A stretch of DNA of 64,000 bases from an uncultured Spirochaetota bacterium. Its GTDB lineage: Bacteria > Spirochaetota > Spirochaetia > SZUA-6 > Fen-1364. The position numbers were made by a program, and so were the translations under genes. Under the pieces are notes generated by a model, which made no database searches, had not been told where the DNA came from, and worked only from the letters and a program-made list of their open reading frames with translations. Location of the stretch: assembly GCA_963820525.1 (NCBI GenBank), contig CAWGAA010000001.1, forward strand, positions 2,767,465-2,831,464, in the 5' to 3' direction. Shown piece after piece: positions 58,356 to 64,000 of this stretch. Position 1 is the first letter of the stretch. The number at the start of each line of letters is the position of its first letter.

Positions 58356-58640
58356 AAAGCGGGGACCTGCAGCCGCGACCGCGGCACTTACGGCGGGGCA
58401 AAGGCGCGGCGGGCATTGCTGCCCGCCGCCACCTGCTTACAGTGATCCATGCATCGACTTGATGAGGTCCACTACGCTGACGTGATTCACCACCATGTGG
58501 ATGGTCAGAAGAATCACGCAAGGCCGCGCCGTGCTTGTGCTTTTGCCAAAAAAGAGTCCCTCATCGATATTCTACTTGCGGGCAAGTATTGGCCATGAAG
58601 CCGCGCGCTTCATTCATGGCCACACCGATCGGAGGGAGTA

Positions 58641-59219
58641 ATGAGAAAACTCGTTGTGACCATGTGGATCACCTTGGATGGTCGCATTGCAGGCCCGAAT
58701 AACGACATGGGTTATGTGGGGGAGCTCTACGACGACGCAATGGGCAAGTATGAGTATGACCTGGTAAGCCACGCGGACACCCTTGTTCTGGGGCGTTTGA
58801 CGTATGAAAGCTTTGCCGGCTCCTGGCCAAAAGTCCCGGACAACCCTGCCGTATCAGATGGGGAGAAGGCCTATGCGCGCATCCTCAATGGCATGAAGAA
58901 GATCGTGTTTTCCAAAACGCTGCAGAAAGCCGATTGGGAACACTCGACCCTGGTGCGCGAGATTGTGGCCGCTGATGTAAAGAAGTGGAAACAGCAATCG
59001 GGCAAGGACATGGTCATCTATGGAAGCGCCAGCATCGTGCAGCAGATGACGAACCTTGGTTTGATTGATGAATACCAGCTGCTGCTCCATCCCTTTGTCT
59101 TGGGCGGCGGGAAAACTCTGTTTGAAAATATCATGGAGAAGGTCAAGCTTCGGCTGGCTGGTGTCAAAACGCATCCTTCAGGAGTCGTTTTGCTCACATA
59201 CCAACCAGCCAATCCATAG
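58641..59219 (+). CDS. RibD-C/dihydrofolate-reductase-like family protein (intact paralogue)
   Basis: 192 aa. ITLDGRIAGP...GRLTYESFAGSWP...IYGSASIVQQ. GGAGGGAG SD. Confidence 0.8.
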   Translation: MRKLVVTMWITLDGRIAGPNNDMGYVGELYDDAMGKYEYDLVSHADTLVLGRLTYESFAGSWPKVPDNPAVSDGEKAYARILNGMKKIVFSKTLQKADWEHSTLVREIVAADVKKWKQQSGKDMVIYGSASIVQQMTNLGLIDEYQLLLHPFVLGGGKTLFENIMEKVKLRLAGVKTHPSGVVLLTYQPANP

Positions 59220-59290
59220 AGGGTGATGTCTGCCAAAAAAAGAAGGGGCAGCTCGGCTCGCTGCCCCTTCAATCGTGGATGACCAGCAAG

Positions 59291-59704
59291 TTATGGATTC
59301 GGCTTCATGTGGGTGAGCATCCAGGTGAATCCGTACCTGTCCGTCAAATCCCCGTAGTATCCGAAGAACTCCTCTTTCGGGGCGTGCAGTATCTTCCCTC
59401 CAGAGGCAAGCTTTTCAAAAATGGCGTCCGTTTCTTTATTGCTGCTGCACTCGACTGCAATGGTGAAATTGGTTCCCTTTTTGGCGGGTTCAGGGCCCAT
59501 CATGTCGGCAGCCATGATCTGGAAGCTTCCACCCTTCAAAGAGGAGTGCATGATATTTTTCTTTTGCTCGGGCGGCACCTGGCTTGCCATTGGAGACTCT
59601 TCCATGCTCATCAAGGTAAGCTCTCCGCCAAAGCATCCTTTATAGAATGTCATAGCCTCACGGCAGTTGCCGTTGAAGTGCAGGTAGGGACTGATTTGCG
59701 CCAT
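59291..59704 (-). CDS. VOC/PhnB-like (3-demethylubiquinone methyltransferase-domain) protein
   Basis: 137 aa. ISPYLHFNGNCREAMTFYKGCFGGEL is typical of the PhnB/YjdN family. Confidence 0.75.
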   Translation of the reverse strand: MAQISPYLHFNGNCREAMTFYKGCFGGELTLMSMEESPMASQVPPEQKKNIMHSSLKGGSFQIMAADMMGPEPAKKGTNFTIAVECSSNKETDAIFEKLASGGKILHAPKEEFFGYYGDLTDRYGFTWMLTHMKPNP

Positions 59705-59823
59705 ACGGTTCTTTCCTCCTGCGCTAAAAGCTAATCCTCAGGTCTCATCGGGGTCAAACTTTCGCCGGCGGCTCCTGCACTGTGGACAAATTTTGTAGTA
59801 ATTTTGATTCGTTGAGTACAAAA

Positions 59824-60705
59824 ATGAGATTTGCTGCAGTTTCTGTAGTGGTTGCCAACAGGCCCTCAAGCGCATCCGCGTCTTCAGAGGAGCAGTTTCT
59901 TCGGTCACCGAGAACCCGTTACCTCACTACCGACGAGGGGACCTTGGCTTATGACGATACCGGAGGCCAGGGGCCTGTCGTCATCTGCATGCCTGGCATG
60001 GGAGATCTTCGGTCGCAGTATCGGTTCCTGGCGCCTCTATTGGCCGCGGCAGGATATCGCGTCATCACCATGGATGTCCGGGGGCATGGTGACTCCTCGG
60101 TAAATTGGATGGGATGGGACGCCCGGGCAGTGGGCGGCGACATCCTATCCCTGATGAGCTTCATCGGAGTGGAGAGGGCCCATCTTGTCGGCAACTCTTT
60201 TGCGGCGGGGAGCGTCTATTGGGTGGCCGTTCATGCGCCCGAGCGCGCGATAAGCCTGACGCTTCTCGGCCCGGCCATGCGCGACAGCAAGGCCAACCCT
60301 CTGGTGAGCTTCGTTCTGAATGCGGGGCTCACGGGCTTTTGGGGCCCCGGTTTCTGGCTTGCATACTGGAATGGGCTCTTTCCCGTCAAGAAGCCCAAGG
60401 ACTTCGCCGCTTATCGGGCCGCTCTCCGGTCCAACCTCGCGGAACAGGGGAGGCTCGCGGCGCTGAAGAAGATGGTCTTTGCGAGCAAGACGCCGATCCA
60501 GGAGATCCTGGGCAAGGCGAAGGTTCCCATCCTGTTGATCATGGGATCCAAGGACAAGGACTTCCCGAATCCGGCCTCGGAGGCGGCCATGCTCGGCGCC
60601 AGGACCGGCGCGCGCGTCGAAATGCTGGAGTCAGGTCACTATCCCCATGTCGAGCTGCCCGAGCAGACTGCCGCGCTGATGCTGCCCTTCTTGGGCTCCC
60701 CGTAG
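59824..60705 (+). CDS. Alpha/beta hydrolase
   Basis: Track start 59782 is GTG; the first ATG is at 59824. PVVICMPGMGD and nucleophile elbow GNSFAAG. Start uncertain. Confidence 0.75.
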   Translation: MRFAAVSVVVANRPSSASASSEEQFLRSPRTRYLTTDEGTLAYDDTGGQGPVVICMPGMGDLRSQYRFLAPLLAAAGYRVITMDVRGHGDSSVNWMGWDARAVGGDILSLMSFIGVERAHLVGNSFAAGSVYWVAVHAPERAISLTLLGPAMRDSKANPLVSFVLNAGLTGFWGPGFWLAYWNGLFPVKKPKDFAAYRAALRSNLAEQGRLAALKKMVFASKTPIQEILGKAKVPILLIMGSKDKDFPNPASEAAMLGARTGARVEMLESGHYPHVELPEQTAALMLPFLGSP

Positions 60706-60840
60706 CGCATAGAGGGCCGAACGGCCAGCCAGGCAATCTCCCGGGTACTCAATTAGCGCAGCCAGCGTTTCGCCAGCGTTTGACCGAGTCGAAGGAGTGG
60801 CCAACACCGAGTAGGGCTCTTTTTTGCAGCTTTTAGAATA

Positions 60841-61029
60841 TCATCCAACTTCAGGAATAGACAAAGAACGGCATATTTTGCGTGCAAGCAAGTTCGCGAT
60901 CTCAGTATGTCTGGGGACTGCCTCCATGACGCCGGTTCGCGGGTTTACCCAAAGAGAGTGAGAGCGACCTTCCCGTTTGAGGACGCAACCATGAAAGCGT
61001 AGATGCCTGAGGAACTCAGTCCTCTTCAC
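60841..61029 (-). CDS. hicA: HicA-family toxin (mRNA interferase)
   Basis: 62 aa. LRHLRFHGCVLKREGRSHSLWVNP...VPRHTEI..ARKICRSLSIP. GTG start overlaps the hicB stop (GTGA). Confidence 0.85.
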   Translation of the reverse strand: MKRTEFLRHLRFHGCVLKREGRSHSLWVNPRTGVMEAVPRHTEIANLLARKICRSLSIPEVG

Positions 61030-61262
61030 GAGAGACTGACAACATCCTGAATGGCATCGGCAGGCAACCCCCGGTGGGCATCCTCCCGCCTATCCTGCAA
61101 GATGAGGGCAATCGCCTCGGATAGGTTCTTCTTGCATTCCTCAAGGGTTTCACCTTGGCCGTTCGCGCCGGGGATCTCCGGGCAATACCCGATGTACCAC
61201 TTTCCGTCGCGCTCGATTATCGCGGTGAACTCGTTATGCAGCGAATGCTTTGACATGATCAT
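61026..61262 (-). CDS. hicB: HicB-family antitoxin
   Basis: 78 aa. FTAIIERDGKWYIGYCPEIPGANGQGETLEECKKNLSEAI. The alternative ATG is at 61256. Confidence 0.85.
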   Translation of the reverse strand: MIMSKHSLHNEFTAIIERDGKWYIGYCPEIPGANGQGETLEECKKNLSEAIALILQDRREDAHRGLPADAIQDVVSLS

Positions 61263-61617
61263 ATACTACTGCGTGCCTCGAATGCGAACAAGAGGACAGC
61301 GAGCGCAGGTTCCGCCTATTCGGGGAGATTCCAGAACATCGTCTGGGCGCAGGCGGTCTGGGATGTGTCGCGGGCGTTGGCCCTGAGCGCAGGTGCCAAG
61401 TACGTGAACAATCCGGGTCCCACGAGCGTCACCGACAATGCGTCGAGGAGCAGTTTTTCCCTGCTGATGAGCCTCGGGTACAAAACGGGTATCGTCTGAC
61501 GGTCAGGTCCCTGCAAGCTTTCCAAAGGCCGCGTCGAGGTCCCGGCATAACGAAAGCGCGGCTCGTAGAGTGAGGGCTCTCAGCCGGTATCACCCGGACG
61601 ACGAACCCGGGGTCCGC

Positions 61618-63360
61618 TCACATCGGCTTCTTCCCGGCCAGCCAGAGGGTCTGGTACGGATCCATGGAGACGGATGTCCCGTTGATCGGCGGCGCGCCGA
61701 GAAGATCCTGGAGCGGACCGTGCAGGATCGTGGGCAGTGCCGCCTTTTCCAATACCAGCGTGCTTCTCTTGGGGCCCGTGTTGTGGATGCAGAGGACCGA
61801 ATCGCGTTTGTCAGGGGAGGTTCGAAGCAGACAAAACAGGGGTCCGTCCGTCGGCAGTACCTCCTGGCTCCCCTGGGGATGGAAGGCGGGGCGTGAGCTG
61901 CGTGCCCGCATACAGCTTGCAAGCCCGCCGTACACACGGACCTGCAACCCTCCTTCCGATGCAAGGCTTTTCTCCACCTCCTCCAGGGAAAACTTCCGCC
62001 TGTTCACCGCCCGCTTGTTGCCTGTCTGCAAAGCTCTCCCGGGGTCTGCCGGCGCGCCGATGAGGCTGTTGGCCCATACGGCCGGCACCCCCGCGAGGCT
62101 CAGCATGATGCAATGCGAGGTGATGTATTTCCTGAGCCGAAGCCCTTCCTCCTCCCCGGGATCCGAGATCGCGTCCAACCACGTTGCATTCAACTCGTAC
62201 GGGCTTTCCTTTTCAGCGCATGCCGCGGCATCGAAGCGATACGAGACCATGCCACCCCGCTCCCTCGTCATCCTGACGAGCCCCTCCACCTGCTCTTCCG
62301 TCAGGAAGTCTTTGGCCGGGACCAGCCCTATCCCGTCGTGGGATGAGAGGAAGTTCAGGAAGGCCGTGGCGCCCGGAGGCTGCTTCAGTGAGCTGGCCCA
62401 CGCCCGCAGGGGTCCGGCGTCGCCGCGGCGAAAGGCGTCCAGGATGAGGGGCGGCAGGGTGAAGTTGTAGACCATGTGCGCCTCGTTTGAGCCATTTCCC
62501 AGGTAGGATATGTTCTGCTCATGAGGCACGTTCGTCTCCGTGACGATCATCACCCAGGGGCACAGCGCGTCCATGATGGCTCGTAGAAGCCGGACCACGG
62601 CATGGGTCCGCGGAAGGTGGACACAGCTCGTTCCGCTTTCCTTCCATAGGAATGCAACCGCGTCGAGACGGAGCACCTGCGCTCCCTGCACTATATAGCC
62701 CAAGAGCACATCCACCATCTCCAGAAGGACGGAGGGGTTTGCATAATCCAGGTCTGCCTGGTCCGCGCTGAAAGTGGTCCAGACGCGAATCTCCCCGCGG
62801 GAAGAATGAAAAGGCGTCAGCAGGGGATGGGTGCGGGGCCGGAATACCCGAGACAGGTCGGCGTTCTCCTCAGGCGTGATGAAGTAGCCGGCATATCTTG
62901 GGCTGCCCTTCAGGAACCCCCTGAACCAACGCCCCTGCGTGGAGGCGTGGTTGAGTACCAGATCCACCATAAGCCGGAAGTCCCCAGCAATGCGGCTCAC
63001 ATCCCGCCAGGTTCCCAGACGGGGATCCACACTGCGGTAATCCATGACGGAGAATCCCTCGTCGGAAGAGGAGGGAAAGAAGGGAAGAATGTGGACTCCT
63101 GAAAACGCCCCCGCCGCGAACCGCGTGAGGAAACGATGGAGGCAGGACAACGGTACTGCCCCCCGGTTGCTGAAATGGTCTCCATACGCGATAAGGAACG
63201 CGTCTTTCTGGGAGAGCACCGCCGAGAAGCCGCCTACAGCTCCGCGGGGGCGTCGTATGCGTTTCTCATACCGGCGCATTATCCTGGAGAGCCTCAGGGA
63301 TGCCGTTTTTCCCTTTTCCCCGCCGTAGATGAAGCTCAGAAGCGCGCCGATTGTATCCAT
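61618..63360 (-). CDS. GH13_18 sucrose-phosphorylase-like sugar phosphorylase
   Basis: 580 aa. VHILPFFPSSSDEGFSVMDYRSVDPRLGTW, DLVLNHAS and LRLDAVAFLWKE match sucrose/glucosylglycerate phosphorylase family motifs. Confidence 0.85.
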   Translation of the reverse strand: MDTIGALLSFIYGGEKGKTASLRLSRIMRRYEKRIRRPRGAVGGFSAVLSQKDAFLIAYGDHFSNRGAVPLSCLHRFLTRFAAGAFSGVHILPFFPSSSDEGFSVMDYRSVDPRLGTWRDVSRIAGDFRLMVDLVLNHASTQGRWFRGFLKGSPRYAGYFITPEENADLSRVFRPRTHPLLTPFHSSRGEIRVWTTFSADQADLDYANPSVLLEMVDVLLGYIVQGAQVLRLDAVAFLWKESGTSCVHLPRTHAVVRLLRAIMDALCPWVMIVTETNVPHEQNISYLGNGSNEAHMVYNFTLPPLILDAFRRGDAGPLRAWASSLKQPPGATAFLNFLSSHDGIGLVPAKDFLTEEQVEGLVRMTRERGGMVSYRFDAAACAEKESPYELNATWLDAISDPGEEEGLRLRKYITSHCIMLSLAGVPAVWANSLIGAPADPGRALQTGNKRAVNRRKFSLEEVEKSLASEGGLQVRVYGGLASCMRARSSRPAFHPQGSQEVLPTDGPLFCLLRTSPDKRDSVLCIHNTGPKRSTLVLEKAALPTILHGPLQDLLGAPPINGTSVSMDPYQTLWLAGKKPM

Positions 63361-63551
63361 GGAGCCTTTTCGAAAGTACTATATATCGGTGCGGCCAAGG
63401 CTGTCATGCCGCTGGTCCGCATGGATTCTGTCGGAGAGAAAGCCACCTTTGCCGCGGGAGCATCGGCTACTTTCAAGCCGATTTGTCACCCGGGGATAGG
63501 CCTTGAGGCCGGACAGGCAGCTATGGGCTCCAAGGCTGCCAGTCTCCTCCG

Positions 63552-63690
63552 CTACCGGCTTGAAGGGGCTGGAATCCCAAGAATCCTGCAAATCCCTCTG
63601 GCGGTCGCCCTCTTGATATTCGTGTGTCTTGGAACAGGTGCGTGTGATTGGGTACGAGCGGAGGTGCCTTTCAAGCGCCCTCCGATTCAT
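63552..63690 (-). pseudogene. Degraded hicA-like toxin gene (internal deletion plus frameshift)
   Basis: ATG at 63690 gives MNRRALERHLR. The conserved C-terminus ..VPRHTNIKRATARGICRILGIPAP is in the +1 frame only ~8 codons later. The intact HicA at 60841..61029 has 26 residues between these motifs. Confidence 0.7.
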
Positions 63691-63899
63691 GCTTTGATGC
63701 CGGCCAGTTTCTTGATCAGCTTTCGTCTGGATGCAGCAAGGGCAGACAGAGCGTCCCGCGCATTTTCGAAGGCTTCCTTGACGGTATCAGCCTCGGTGAT
63801 GAGTTGGGGGTCAAGGGGAGACGTCACAACGTAGCAGCCCTCTTCGGCTTCCTGAAGAGTGAGAACGATCTTTCCATCGCTCACAGTGTATTGCTTCAT
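63687..63899 (-). CDS. HicB-like/DUF1902-type antitoxin
   Basis: 70 aa. KIVLTLQEAEEGCYVVTSPLDPQLITEADTVKEAFENARDAL. ATGA overlap with the degraded hicA. Confidence 0.7.
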   Translation of the reverse strand: MKQYTVSDGKIVLTLQEAEEGCYVVTSPLDPQLITEADTVKEAFENARDALSALAASRRKLIKKLAGIKA

Positions 63900-64000
63900 C
63901 GCAACTAGGATATGCCTCAGTGGGCTTTTGCGTCAATCACTCTCCTCGAACAGAGCCCGGCCAACACCGAGTAGGCCGGGCAATGCCCCATGTACCACTT

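Noticed and set aside
61263-61617. Minus-strand ORF 61316..61525 (TTG start), with YPRLISREKLLLDAL..VTLVGPG faintly reminiscent of a MalT/LuxR-type N-terminus
   Set aside because: There is no Walker A lysine, no SD and no ATG start. At best it is a remnant, and the evidence is insufficient to annotate it.
63917-64000. Partial minus-strand frame ...KWYMGHCPAYSVLAGLCSRRVIDAKAH* at the window edge, resembling the GKWYIGYCPE segment of HicB
   Set aside because: Only 28 codons are visible and similarity is lost after CP. It cannot be judged without sequence beyond 64000.

Overview
This is a 64-kb window of a high-GC bacterial chromosome; I could not assign a taxon. Spot counts on single 60-nt lines give about 60-70% GC in the backbone. 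Most of the window is ordinary backbone. It includes gltD, a Cache/HAMP chemoreceptor and an ilvB-ilvN-leuC-leuD operon. It also includes an M32 carboxypeptidase, small-molecule enzymes and transporters, chrA and an ABC-2 exporter. A rhamnoside-utilisation cluster carries a GH78 enzyme, a sugar ABC transporter and a YesM/YesN-type two-component pair. There are also Fic, HicAB and AbiE-like NTase modules.

The outstanding feature is a low-GC island (about 40% GC by the same spot counts) from ~31.8 to ~47.6 kb, which begins at a transposase remnant.
- **Operon (32382-42235, + strand):** eight tightly packed genes, mostly with overlapping or nearly abutting stop and start codons. They encode a GNAT-ABC ATPase fusion, a HerA/DUF87-like ATPase and an orphan protein. 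Next come a RelE/ParE-like domain fused to a single-HKD PLD nuclease, a P-loop NTPase and a second orphan. Two further BrxC/BrxD(DUF2791)-like P-loop NTPases complete it.
- **Convergent genes:** a UvrD-type helicase fused to a Cas4/AddB-like Fe-S PD-(D/E)XK nuclease, plus a DUF1232 gene, lie on the opposite strand.
- **Interpretation:** I recognise no methyltransferase, PglZ, NurA, Sir2 or other hallmark partner of a named system. I therefore flag the operon as a candidate undescribed multi-ATPase/nuclease conflict (anti-phage) system.

The window is also rich in gene decay.
- An IS256-family element with a 9-bp target duplication splits an ABC ATPase gene.
- Four conserved genes carry in-frame nonsense codons.
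- A homocitrate-synthase/Cache gene is broken three times.
- A hicA copy is internally deleted.
- A VOC gene fragment is duplicated around the NTase module.

The ORF track translates GTG and TTG starts as M, so several starts were re-set to the first SD-supported ATG or GTG.
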